A DNA stretch of 64,000 nucleotides, taken from positions 3,296,001 through 3,360,000 of the forward strand of contig OZ242320.1 of assembly GCA_965208125.1 (NCBI GenBank), given 5' to 3'. Below are positions 28,158-37,374 of the stretch, one piece after another; positions within the stretch are counted from its first letter, which is position 1; each line of letters begins with the position of its first letter. The translations under genes were made by a program, and so were the position numbers. Source of the stretch: Candidatus Latescibacterota bacterium. GTDB lineage: Bacteria > Latescibacterota > UBA2968. The notes under the pieces are model-generated. The model made no database searches. It was not told the DNA's origin and worked only from the letters and a program-made list of their open reading frames with translations.

Positions 28158-29018
28158 TCAACTGAAAATTTCCACAAATTTCGCAACGCTCGCCCTGAAC
28201 CCGTCTTCATAAGTGCCGCCTTTGGGACGATAGACGCTTTCGTAAGAGATCGCGCCCGCATATCCATCGCGTTTGAGCGCGTTTGCAATGGGTTCCAGGT
28301 ATGGTCCCACATCGCCTTCGCCCAGGGGATAGAATCCTACGGTCGCACGCGCTATATCGGCTTTTGCGTCTTTGATGTGAATATGGCCGATGTAATCGCG
28401 AATTTCATTGTAGGCATCGGGGAAGGGGACGTCTGTACAATACATTGTGTTGGGAATGTCCCATAGGAGTTTGAGGTGGGAGCTACCCAATTCATCGATC
28501 AATTTTCGCGCCAGAAAGCCCGATGTTATCATGGCATTATTGCCCGTTTCAACGACGAGTGTCACGTCTTCTTCTTCGGCTATTTGGACGGGTACGGCCA
28601 TTAGTTTTACCAGTTTGTCCCATGCACCGGCCGTTACAATCCAATCTTCTGCGCCGTTGTACCCAAATAGTATCATTTCTTTTTTCCAACTCATAATTCT
28701 GACAATATTTGTTTCGAGGGTTTTGGCAAGGTCAATGCACCGCCGCAATCCCGATACATGATCCTCAAATACGGCATCTCCTATCTCGGTTTGCAATACG
28801 GGCAAGCCGCCAAAGTTGTGCCGCGAGATGCATGAGACTTCCATGTCGTGCTGATTGAGTAGTGTCTTCATGCGCGCCACTTGCCCGGCGTCGTGGTCCC
28901 CCACTTCTCGATCCCATACAAACTGGAGTTCTGGATATTTCAGTCCGTATTCCGCCATGACATTCAACGCGCGTTCAAAATTCCTGCTAATTCCATCCGT
29001 AATTACACCGAGTTTCAC
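28158..29018 (-). CDS. Sugar phosphate isomerase/epimerase (TIM barrel)
   Basis: MKLGVITD, VVET, WDIPN, HIHIKD and GYAGAISYE motifs. Confidence 0.85.
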   Translation of the reverse strand: MKLGVITDGISRNFERALNVMAEYGLKYPELQFVWDREVGDHDAGQVARMKTLLNQHDMEVSCISRHNFGGLPVLQTEIGDAVFEDHVSGLRRCIDLAKTLETNIVRIMSWKKEMILFGYNGAEDWIVTAGAWDKLVKLMAVPVQIAEEEDVTLVVETGNNAMITSGFLARKLIDELGSSHLKLLWDIPNTMYCTDVPFPDAYNEIRDYIGHIHIKDAKADIARATVGFYPLGEGDVGPYLEPIANALKRDGYAGAISYESVYRPKGGTYEDGFRASVAKFVEIFS

Positions 29019-29067
29019 AAGTAAGCTCCAAAATTAATGGTCAGCAGTTGATCCAACCAGCCTCCTT

Positions 29068-29095
29068 CTGGACTCCTGCTTGCGCAGGAGTGACG
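29068..29095 (-). repeat. CGTC-type REP-like palindrome
   Basis: Minus strand reads CGTCACTCCTGCGCAAGCAGGAGTCCAG. Confidence 0.65.
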
Positions 29096-29115
29096 ATTGT
29101 CATTGCGGCATGTTT

Positions 29116-30012
29116 TTAGCCGCAATCCAGATCTCTTCTCACTTCAATATCCAGCATGTTTTCAAAAATTTTGATGATGGCCCAGTTCGCTTCTTCGGGG
29201 TTCACACTGATGCCCGCTTGAAACCACTCCGCAGCCGATGAGAGTGTGAACAGGGGGACGCCACATTCGCGTCCCAGTGTTTTTGCGATTCCGAGGTCCT
29301 TGTACATTGTGCCAATGCGGCTTTGGCCCGCGAAATTTCGTTCCATGATGTTTTGCGTTGTATCCCGAAACAAAAAGCTGCCGACCACACTGGTGTTGAT
29401 GACTTCGTACAGAGTTTCGGGTTTTACGCCGGCTTTTACGCCCAGTGATAGGGTTTCGAATATGCCCGCATAGGTTACGCCTGTCAAGACGGCCAGACAA
29501 GCTTTCACGGTTTGTCCGGCTCCGATCTCTTCGCCGACGTGGTAGATATTTTCTCCGACTGCGTTGAGAACTTCTGCTGCATCCTCAAAAACATCTCGCT
29601 GTGCCGCTACCATCATTGTCAGTGTGCCAGCCGCTGCGCCGGGTGCGCCACCGCTTACCGGGGCATCTATGACGCGAATATCTCTTTCTTTTACGCATTG
29701 CGCGATTTCGACTAATTCCGACCGCAAAATGGTTGCGGTACAGATAAATGTCGATCCCGGTTTCATGCTGTTCAACAGACCATTGTTTAAGATGGCTTTA
29801 ATTTGATCGCCGTTCATGACCATGACGAATACGAAGTCTGCGCGTTCACCCACTTCGCATACATTTTTGGCTGCATAAGCTCCTCGCTCGACAAATGGTT
29901 CCAATTGTTCGGGGCGCAAATCATATACGACAAGCTCATGTCCGTTCTTCAAGATATTCGCAGCCATCCCGCTGCCCATATCTCCGACACCGATCAACCC
30001 AACACGCGCCAT
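29116..30012 (-). CDS. Beta-hydroxyacid dehydrogenase (3-hydroxyisobutyrate/L-threonate dehydrogenase family)
   Basis: VGLIGVGDMG, DAPVSGG, GAGQTVK and YKDL motifs; start at MARVG. Confidence 0.88.
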   Translation of the reverse strand: MARVGLIGVGDMGSGMAANILKNGHELVVYDLRPEQLEPFVERGAYAAKNVCEVGERADFVFVMVMNGDQIKAILNNGLLNSMKPGSTFICTATILRSELVEIAQCVKERDIRVIDAPVSGGAPGAAAGTLTMMVAAQRDVFEDAAEVLNAVGENIYHVGEEIGAGQTVKACLAVLTGVTYAGIFETLSLGVKAGVKPETLYEVINTSVVGSFLFRDTTQNIMERNFAGQSRIGTMYKDLGIAKTLGRECGVPLFTLSSAAEWFQAGISVNPEEANWAIIKIFENMLDIEVRRDLDCG

Positions 30013-30050
30013 GTTTTTTCCTTTCGCATCTAAATTTAGTTTGCTAATTA

Positions 30051-30079
30051 ACAATAAACTACTAAACTCCATTGGTCAA
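30051..30079 (-). promoter_or_regulatory. Sigma-70-like promoter
   Basis: TTGACC-N17-TATTGT on the minus strand. Confidence 0.5.
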
Positions 30080-30102
30080 ACTTACACTACGGGAGGTTTT
30101 CA

Positions 30103-30981
30103 ATGAACAATATACATCTGAGATGGTGGGGGTGTGGTGCTTTTGACATTCTCTCGGGGGATGTCAATATCGCCATTGATCCATATCTTTTCGGTGATAA
30201 TCTAAAAAGTGCCGAACCTATTTACGACTACATTTTTATTAGTCACGAACATTTTGATCATTGTCACCCCAAAACCCTGACGAAATTGTGTCGGGGAGAT
30301 CGCTTCGAGAAACTCTTTGTCAATATCGGTTGTATGACGCCAAATGAACCTGTTGACGAAAATTATGGCGATGCGGCTTTTGCTCGGGATTTGCCCATTA
30401 GCAAGCATATACCCGAGGAAAAAATTCAGGTGCTCTACCCCAAATATCGCACCGATGACGTGCGCACTTTTCCCGGTCCCTTTTCGTGTGACCTGGGCGC
30501 TGTGCAGGTAGAGGCTGTTGAAAGTGGTGAAAATGCGCGGCCCGATTTACCCACCTGTGGTTACTTAATCACATATATCGAGAAAGATATTTCGTTCTAT
30601 CACACTGGGGATCTTCACGCGACCTATCCCGCGCTCGGCAATCTGAAGGGCCGTGTGGATTATCTCATACACATGAAAACGGGACTGAAGAATTGGCCTG
30701 TTTTTTCAAGTTTGATCGATCTCGTACAGCCTCGATTTTTGATCCCAACTCATTATCGAACAGATCGCAAAACCGATCCTATTCCCGAAGGACATTGGCC
30801 TCCCGATGTTACGGATGTGAATGCTTTTATCGAGAGTATTCGCGAGCACGCTGGCGACCGAACCCAAATTTTGCCTTTCACTGCTGGCGTCCAGTACGAG
30901 ATTGAATTGCCCGATAAAAAAGTTGTGTGGGCGTGGGATTGGCACAATACATGGACTGTGCCCCCGTGGCGAGAGGAATAG
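30103..30981 (+). CDS. MBL-fold metallo-hydrolase
   Basis: IDPY, SHEHFDHC, YHTGD and IPTHY motifs. Confidence 0.85.
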   Translation: MNNIHLRWWGCGAFDILSGDVNIAIDPYLFGDNLKSAEPIYDYIFISHEHFDHCHPKTLTKLCRGDRFEKLFVNIGCMTPNEPVDENYGDAAFARDLPISKHIPEEKIQVLYPKYRTDDVRTFPGPFSCDLGAVQVEAVESGENARPDLPTCGYLITYIEKDISFYHTGDLHATYPALGNLKGRVDYLIHMKTGLKNWPVFSSLIDLVQPRFLIPTHYRTDRKTDPIPEGHWPPDVTDVNAFIESIREHAGDRTQILPFTAGVQYEIELPDKKVVWAWDWHNTWTVPPWREE

Positions 30982-30991
30982 ATCTCCAGTT

Positions 30992-31756
30992 TTACACGCG
31001 ATCTTTCAACTGATATGCAATCGCGTAAAATGCCATTGAGTTACCCGTGCGATTTGGCTCGCTGCGATGCCAGGTATAATTTGAGAAGAAGAGGCCGTCA
31101 CCCGGTTTCATTTCGACCAGGACTTCATCGGAGTAATCGATCTGATTTAGGGGGATGCGGTGGCGCTTAAAGGGTTCATAGGTTTCTTCGCCATTCACAC
31201 GGGATTTTCTGTACATCGGCGGGTTGTCGAAATAAGATTCGTGTGGTACGAGTTCCCAGCCGATATGGCTGCGCGGCATGACCGATAATGCGATGGCGTT
31301 TTTTCCGACTTCCTGCATCGGGATCCAGCAGTTGCAACCCAATTCTGGATCGATTTTCCAATACCACGAATCCTGGTGAAAATAACTGCATCCACCCTGC
31401 TCGGTGTCAATCCATCCGTGTTTAACCCCTATCTGATCTGTGAAGAGTTCCACATCGCCGCCCAAAACCGCCGCCATTGCATTTGCCATGTTGCTGTGTT
31501 CTGCGACCGTGGCAAATACCTCTTCTTCCAGGCCCGGACGTTGAATGCCCTTGGGTACTGGATCGCCAGATGCGGCGCGATATATTTCGGGATTGAGGAC
31601 TTGAAATCTACCCTTTTTCCAATCTGGCGGATGATCTACTATTTCCCGCACTCGCGCCCAGGCGTTCGCCATGAGTTCGGCGGGGATCAATCCCTCCACA
31701 TGGCAGTATCCTTCTTTTCGATACTGCTGGATATGTTGTTCGGTGACTGTGCTCAT
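30992..31756 (-). CDS. PhyH-family dioxygenase
   Basis: FHQDSWYW, CWIP and PGDGLFF...WHRSEPN motifs. Confidence 0.88.
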   Translation of the reverse strand: MSTVTEQHIQQYRKEGYCHVEGLIPAELMANAWARVREIVDHPPDWKKGRFQVLNPEIYRAASGDPVPKGIQRPGLEEEVFATVAEHSNMANAMAAVLGGDVELFTDQIGVKHGWIDTEQGGCSYFHQDSWYWKIDPELGCNCWIPMQEVGKNAIALSVMPRSHIGWELVPHESYFDNPPMYRKSRVNGEETYEPFKRHRIPLNQIDYSDEVLVEMKPGDGLFFSNYTWHRSEPNRTGNSMAFYAIAYQLKDRV

Positions 31757-31767
31757 CGTTTTTCCTT

Positions 31768-32568
31768 TTAATCGCTTATCCAGTGTCGGAACAGGGGTTT
31801 TGCATTTTCTGGCAATTCCTCGTAAACCTGGCGGGGTACTGGTTCCTGGTCGTTATCGGTCAAGCCGGTTTCATCCACCATCATTTTGCGCTCTTCAGAT
31901 CCCGGCATCAACACGCGCGTGTTCAACCACCAGGGGGCATAGCGAACGACAACGGATACCCGGTCCTCTTGCGATTGATTGGGGGCGGTTGCGTGCCATA
32001 TCCGACTGTCCAGCACGAGGACGCTTCCCGCTGGACCCGTTGCATTCATCTCGGTTGTATAAGGTTCGAGCGGATCCACATCTATATTTCCGGTTGGATT
32101 ATTCGACCATCGGTGGCTGCCCGGCACAATCAATGTGCCGCCATTCTCATGGGTAAAAGGAGATAACATCCACAGGGTTGTGATATGCATTACCGCATCT
32201 GGATAAGGTGCAAGCACATGTGAGGCGTTGATCTGATTAAACGGCCAGTCTGCATGCCATCTGCCCCGTGGATTGCCCCGGCGGTTGATGGTCGCTGAGA
32301 CATAAGACACTTTGACAAAGGAGCCAAAGAGTGCTTCGAGGATAGCCATCAGCCTTGCGTCTGCGAGATAGGGCGCAAGGGACTGGTCATAGCGTATAAA
32401 TCCCGGCACGTGTCCGATGCCTTGTTCTGCGGCCTTCGCTCTGCCGTGTATCCCGGTCGAATGCAACACGTGATCGCGTATTGCATCTACCTCATTTTTT
32501 GGGATTACGCCTTCTATTACGGTCCAGCCATCTCTGCGGATTCGGTTTAGATCGGTATTTAAACTCAT
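31768..32568 (-). CDS. PhyH-family dioxygenase
   Basis: WHAD, ENGGTLIVPGSH and GSVLVLDSRIWH motifs. Confidence 0.88.
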   Translation of the reverse strand: MSLNTDLNRIRRDGWTVIEGVIPKNEVDAIRDHVLHSTGIHGRAKAAEQGIGHVPGFIRYDQSLAPYLADARLMAILEALFGSFVKVSYVSATINRRGNPRGRWHADWPFNQINASHVLAPYPDAVMHITTLWMLSPFTHENGGTLIVPGSHRWSNNPTGNIDVDPLEPYTTEMNATGPAGSVLVLDSRIWHATAPNQSQEDRVSVVVRYAPWWLNTRVLMPGSEERKMMVDETGLTDNDQEPVPRQVYEELPENAKPLFRHWISD

Positions 32569-32583
32569 AGTGCATCCATTTGG

Positions 32584-33675
32584 TTATATGTCAAATATGA
32601 TGACCTGCCGGGCGACGTCGCCTGCGATCAGAGCCTTGAAGGCATCGTCAATATCATCTAAGGATATATTGTGTGAAATCATTTCGTCGATCTTGAGATT
32701 GCCCATGAGATACATATCCACATATCGAGGCATATCTACGCGAAAGCGATTGGATCCCATGCTCGATCCCTGAATTTTGCGCTCGCGCAAAAAGTTGTGC
32801 CCTGTAAGCTCAATTTTAACGCCCTGGGGAATCATGCCAATAATTGTGGCGGTGCCGCCTTCTTCGAGCATGTAAAAACACTGTTCCGCAGTCTGTTTCA
32901 ATCCCACGGCTTCAAAAGAGTAGGCCACGCCTTTTCCACCGGTCAGGTCCATTATTTGCTCAACGGGGTCGCCGTCGTTGGCATTGACCAGGTCTGTCGC
33001 GCCCAATTCTCGGGCCAGTTGCAGTTTGGAAGAGACGGTATCTACTGCAATAATACGCCCTGCGCCACCTATTCGCGCACCCTGTACAGCACTCAGGCCA
33101 ATACCACCACATCCGACAACGGCTACTGTGCTGCCAGGCTCTACTTTGGAGGTGTTGAGCGCGGCACCAACGCCGGTTGTTACACCACATCCGATCAGGG
33201 CTGCTTTGTCCAGTGGCATGTCTTCGCGCACTTTGCATACTGCATTTTCGTGTACCAGCAACTGTTCTGCATAAGAGGCGAGGTTTGCAAATTGGAAGAA
33301 CGCTTGACCATCCTGAGACAGGCGCGGTTTATCTGTCTCTTTGCGCTGTGTCGATTCTCTATCTTCACATAAATTTGGACGCCCGGTGGTGCAGTAGCGA
33401 CAATGTCCGCAAAAGACCGATAGACAGGTGATTACGTGGTCGCCGGGTTTTACATAGGTCACGTCTGGCCCGACTGCCTCTACAATGCCCGCTGATTCGT
33501 GGCCGAGCACGGCAGGTAGCTCGCAGGTATAAAGTCCTTGCTGATAATGAACATCGCTGTGACAGACTCCCGCGGCGGCGGTGCGAATCAAGACCTCGCG
33601 CCCGATTGGGTCGGCAATTTCGACGTCTTCTACACTTATTGGTTGATGTGCTTCGCGCAAAACAGCGGCTTTCAT
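32584..33675 (-). CDS. Zn-dependent alcohol dehydrogenase (class III-like)
   Basis: GVCHSD, GHESAG, CGHCRYC...LC, GCGVTTG and GCGGIG motifs. Confidence 0.92.
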   Translation of the reverse strand: MKAAVLREAHQPISVEDVEIADPIGREVLIRTAAAGVCHSDVHYQQGLYTCELPAVLGHESAGIVEAVGPDVTYVKPGDHVITCLSVFCGHCRYCTTGRPNLCEDRESTQRKETDKPRLSQDGQAFFQFANLASYAEQLLVHENAVCKVREDMPLDKAALIGCGVTTGVGAALNTSKVEPGSTVAVVGCGGIGLSAVQGARIGGAGRIIAVDTVSSKLQLARELGATDLVNANDGDPVEQIMDLTGGKGVAYSFEAVGLKQTAEQCFYMLEEGGTATIIGMIPQGVKIELTGHNFLRERKIQGSSMGSNRFRVDMPRYVDMYLMGNLKIDEMISHNISLDDIDDAFKALIAGDVARQVIIFDI

Positions 33676-33692
33676 GGTGGACCTCCTGTTGT

Positions 33693-35213
33693 TTATTGAC
33701 CTTCTTCTTCCCAGCGGCGAATCACGATTTTGGGATCGAAATAGGTGTTGTTCGGATAGAAATCGGGCAGCGATGTGCGATTCCCCTGTTTCGCACCTTC
33801 CAGATGCAATAGTGCGAGTGGTAGCGCGGTATCGATATTCGATTCGCCTTCCCGACTGTCTGAGACAATCAGGTCATTCACCTGGTATTGCCGCAGCAAT
33901 CGCTCTCCAAGAGAGGTGGCGGACTGCAATAGCACATTATCGCCTGTTGCCGAGTGGAGTTCTAATAAACCGAATAATGCACAGGCGTCGTTTTGTCCTT
34001 TGTTTACCCACGCTTCATCACTTGCAGGCGAACTGCCAGATCCAAAATCCACAGGCGCGTTTAAGTCGCCCCATCCCATCCCCTGGGCTGTGGAAAAAGC
34101 CATTTCTCGAAAACGCACAATACCGGTCAGATGGTATGCCCGCGCGTAAGATAAGAACATCAGTCCATTTGCAGGGACTTTTCTCAGCTTTGTGGGCGGA
34201 CAATAGCCGATTCCTTCATTGCTATTTTCTGGATAGAGGCGGGTGCCGTCATTGATTGCGGGATAAAAGCTGTGGTCATCGATATTATAACAGTGGGTTG
34301 CCAGGGCTTCTAAATCCGCGGTTACCACATCGAGAAATGCTTTGCCTTTTTCACTGCCCAAAGTCTCTGCGGCATTGAGAAAGGTGACGGCGGCTCGTCC
34401 GTATCGAGTTTGAATTACGCCATTGGTGATAACTGTTACTTCGTTGACATCTGTCCGTTCGCTAAATGGTGGTTTGAACGACTCTCTCACCCGACAGGGG
34501 TCGCGGTGATTAAACTGATATCCCGCCAATCCCGCCTCGGGATGCCGAATTTGATCGTATCGGGAAAGTAGATGGTTTGCCCATTTCAAAGGCGTTTTAT
34601 CACCCGAAAGTGCGTGTAACATTGCCCCGCTCAGGATTAAATCGCTTCCCGTGTTGATAAAGGAGAGCGCAGTATTTTCCACAATTGGCAGTGGACCTCC
34701 TTCAAATTCTGCATCCCACTTTTCACGCCACGCTTCGTAAATTCCATGTCGATTAAAGAGCAAGGTGGGCCAATCCCAGATATGCGCGTGCCAGACCGCT
34801 TTGATAAAGCGGCGCATGCATTCGGGATGAACTTTATAGAGGTACGCATAATGCGGATAGACGCACTTCATTTCGTGATTGCCCAGTACTGGTGCGTCCG
34901 TTAAGAGATCGTAGCTTGTATGGCCGCCCCAGTAGAACAGGTCGGATTCTATATCGTGAATTTTATCCAGCGCACAGCCAATCCATTCATCTGCCCGTTT
35001 GTGGTATTTGTCGTTCCCTGTGAGTGTTCCCAATGCATCCAGAACCCGCAAGAAGTTCTGCTGACACGCGAGGTTGGAAAGCATATTTCCTTCCCAAATC
35101 AGCGGCTGCGAGGTCGATAGGTCGAGGCCGTCTGCCAGCATTGTACCGTTTTTGTGTGTACAACGCGCAAATACCTCCTGTACGTGTTTATCTACCACAT
35201 CGATAAATCCCAT
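33693..35213 (-). CDS. Polysaccharide lyase family 2 (PelW-like) protein, no signal peptide
   Basis: SNLACQQNFLR, YWGGH, HEMK, FNRHG, SFINTGSDL and YQF resemble PL2 pectate lyase motifs. Confidence 0.7.
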   Translation of the reverse strand: MGFIDVVDKHVQEVFARCTHKNGTMLADGLDLSTSQPLIWEGNMLSNLACQQNFLRVLDALGTLTGNDKYHKRADEWIGCALDKIHDIESDLFYWGGHTSYDLLTDAPVLGNHEMKCVYPHYAYLYKVHPECMRRFIKAVWHAHIWDWPTLLFNRHGIYEAWREKWDAEFEGGPLPIVENTALSFINTGSDLILSGAMLHALSGDKTPLKWANHLLSRYDQIRHPEAGLAGYQFNHRDPCRVRESFKPPFSERTDVNEVTVITNGVIQTRYGRAAVTFLNAAETLGSEKGKAFLDVVTADLEALATHCYNIDDHSFYPAINDGTRLYPENSNEGIGYCPPTKLRKVPANGLMFLSYARAYHLTGIVRFREMAFSTAQGMGWGDLNAPVDFGSGSSPASDEAWVNKGQNDACALFGLLELHSATGDNVLLQSATSLGERLLRQYQVNDLIVSDSREGESNIDTALPLALLHLEGAKQGNRTSLPDFYPNNTYFDPKIVIRRWEEEGQ

Positions 35214-35369
35214 GATTGCCCTCCTTGTCTTGAGCCAAACAATTATAGCTCCAATAGACGAAATATCAAAGTGCTCTCACATCCGCTCAACAATCGACTT
35301 GACATTGTTTGCGACTGCAAGCATAAATACATCTCACCTCTTATTTACCAACTACTTTGGAGGAATCAC

Positions 35370-36320
35370 ATGTTAAAAGCCGGATTTATCGGAGCTGGGA
35401 ATCGCAGTCAGGGCGCACATTATCCAAATGTCCACCGTCTGGAACAGGATGTCGAGATGTGCGCGGTTTGCGAACTCGATGAAGAACGTCTGGATCAGGT
35501 TGCAAAAAAATACGAGTTTCCGCAAGTATATACAGATCACAAAAAGATGCTCGACGAAGCCGATCTCGATATCATTTATTGCGTTATGAATGAAAAATGG
35601 ATTTTGCAGACGGCTATTGATTGTATGAATGCGGGCAAACACATTTTTATTGAGAAGCCACCTGGCGCCAATCTCGAAGAAACCGAGCAATTGCTCGAGG
35701 CGGCGGTGTCCAATAATGTGTTCGCCTCGGTCGGGTTTCAGCGGCGCTATACAGCGGTTACGCGCGAGGCTATGCGTCTCGTGGCAGAAAAGGGTCCCGT
35801 TTCATCCATTGTAACGACATTTAACAAACAGATGCTCGGTGGCGATGGCAAAGAATTTACTTCTACTCTGTGGAATGATGTCTGCCATATTGTCGATCTC
35901 ACGCGCTATATGGCCGGGAGTGAACCCGTGAAAGTGACGGCCTATCAGGACAAGTTTGGCGGGGAGAGCTATAATAATTATACGGCTCTTATACGTTTTG
36001 AGAATAACGCGGTCGGTACCATTCATGGCAATCGCGCTTCTGGTGGGCGCGTGTTGCGTTCTGAACTGCACGGTGTGGGTATTGGGTGTTATATGAAGAT
36101 TCCCCAGGAGATCGAGATTCACGAAGACAATCAGGTGCGTACCCTGGGGGGATGGGAAGTTGATGGCGTTGAAGAGGATGATGTCGCCAGTTACGAGGGT
36201 GTTTTGACGATGCACCAGCATTTTGTCGATTGTATCAATAAAAACGAGGTGCCTCACAACGACCTGCGAGATGTTATCCACTCCATCCGCCTGGTGGATC
36301 AACTCGAAGCTAAGGAGTAA
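35370..36320 (+). CDS. Gfo/Idh/MocA family oxidoreductase
   Basis: GFIGAG, GKHIFIEKP, GFQRRY and HIVD motifs; start after GGAGG. Confidence 0.9.
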   Translation: MLKAGFIGAGNRSQGAHYPNVHRLEQDVEMCAVCELDEERLDQVAKKYEFPQVYTDHKKMLDEADLDIIYCVMNEKWILQTAIDCMNAGKHIFIEKPPGANLEETEQLLEAAVSNNVFASVGFQRRYTAVTREAMRLVAEKGPVSSIVTTFNKQMLGGDGKEFTSTLWNDVCHIVDLTRYMAGSEPVKVTAYQDKFGGESYNNYTALIRFENNAVGTIHGNRASGGRVLRSELHGVGIGCYMKIPQEIEIHEDNQVRTLGGWEVDGVEEDDVASYEGVLTMHQHFVDCINKNEVPHNDLRDVIHSIRLVDQLEAKE

Positions 36321-37303
36321 ATGTGCTCGGGTGAGCCAACCAGTTCGCCCGCAGCCTCTAATACTTCGATTCCAGCATCTTTTTTGTACGCATTTTCGCT
36401 GATGTATCGCCGCCAGGTTTTTGCACCCGGCACGCCGGCAAATAGCCCTATGAGATGTCGCGCAATATGGTGCAATCGCGTACCGCGTTCGAGTTGCTCG
36501 GAGACATAGGGTAAATATGCGTGCAGAATTTCATGCCGAGAAGGTATTGGGCGAGTCTCACCGAAAAATCGATGGTCGGCATCGGATAGAAAATAGGGGT
36601 TTGAATAGGCTTCCCGTCCGACCATCACGCCATCGACACGCGCCAGATGCGCGGCGGCTTCGTCGAGCGATGTAATCCCCCCGTTGATTATGACATCCAG
36701 ATCTGGAAAATCGCGTTTGATGCGATAGACTATGTCGTAAGATAATGGCGGAATTTCTCTGTTTTCTTTGGGACTCAGACCCTGAAGCCATGCTTTGCGC
36801 GCGTGAAATGCAAAGATACGGCATCCCGATTCGGCAACGGTCTGGACAAAATGGACCAGTTCTTCGTAAGAATCGCGATTGTCAACGCCAATTCGCGTTT
36901 TCACGGTTACGGAAATATTCACCGCGTCGCGCATTGCGCCTAAACAATCGCGTACCCGTTCGGGTTCTTTCATCAAGTACGCGCCAAAAAGCCCCGATTG
37001 TACGCGATCGCTCGGGCATCCCACATTCAGATTAATCTCATCATATCCCCAATCTTCTCCCACTTTGGCGCACAGTGCGAGGTCGGCGGGGTCGCTTCCA
37101 CCCAATTGCAGTGCTATGGGATGTTCAATCGGATTAAATCCCAATAAACGCGTGCGGTCGCCGTGTATGATTGCGCCGGTGGCAACCATTTCGGTGTATA
37201 GCAAAACCCGTTTGGTGATCAGGCGCAAAAAATACCGCTCGTGCCGGTCTGTACAATCCATCATGGGGGCGATTGAAAATCGCCTGCTCTGTCCAATAGC
37301 CAT
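36299..37303 (-). CDS. dusA: tRNA dihydrouridine(20/20a) synthase
   Basis: IAPMMDCTDRH, QLGGSDP, NLNVGCPSDRVQSG and HARKAWLQGLSPKENREIPP motifs. Confidence 0.93.
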   Translation of the reverse strand: MAIGQSRRFSIAPMMDCTDRHERYFLRLITKRVLLYTEMVATGAIIHGDRTRLLGFNPIEHPIALQLGGSDPADLALCAKVGEDWGYDEINLNVGCPSDRVQSGLFGAYLMKEPERVRDCLGAMRDAVNISVTVKTRIGVDNRDSYEELVHFVQTVAESGCRIFAFHARKAWLQGLSPKENREIPPLSYDIVYRIKRDFPDLDVIINGGITSLDEAAAHLARVDGVMVGREAYSNPYFLSDADHRFFGETRPIPSRHEILHAYLPYVSEQLERGTRLHHIARHLIGLFAGVPGAKTWRRYISENAYKKDAGIEVLEAAGELVGSPEHIYSLASS

Positions 37304-37312
37304 ATAAAAACT

Positions 37313-37355
37313 CAAAAAAAAACGAGTCGATCACATAGGGCAACCGACTCGTTTT
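37313..37355 (-). terminator. Intrinsic terminator after the hydroxypyruvate reductase gene
   Basis: aaaacgagtcg...cgactcgtttt stem with a T9 tract on the minus strand. Confidence 0.75.
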
Positions 37356-37374
37356 GGATTAACACCAGTGTTTG

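Noticed and set aside
36299-37315. dusA-associated integrative element
   Set aside because: dusA is intact, with no tyrosine recombinase or duplicated att fragment nearby.
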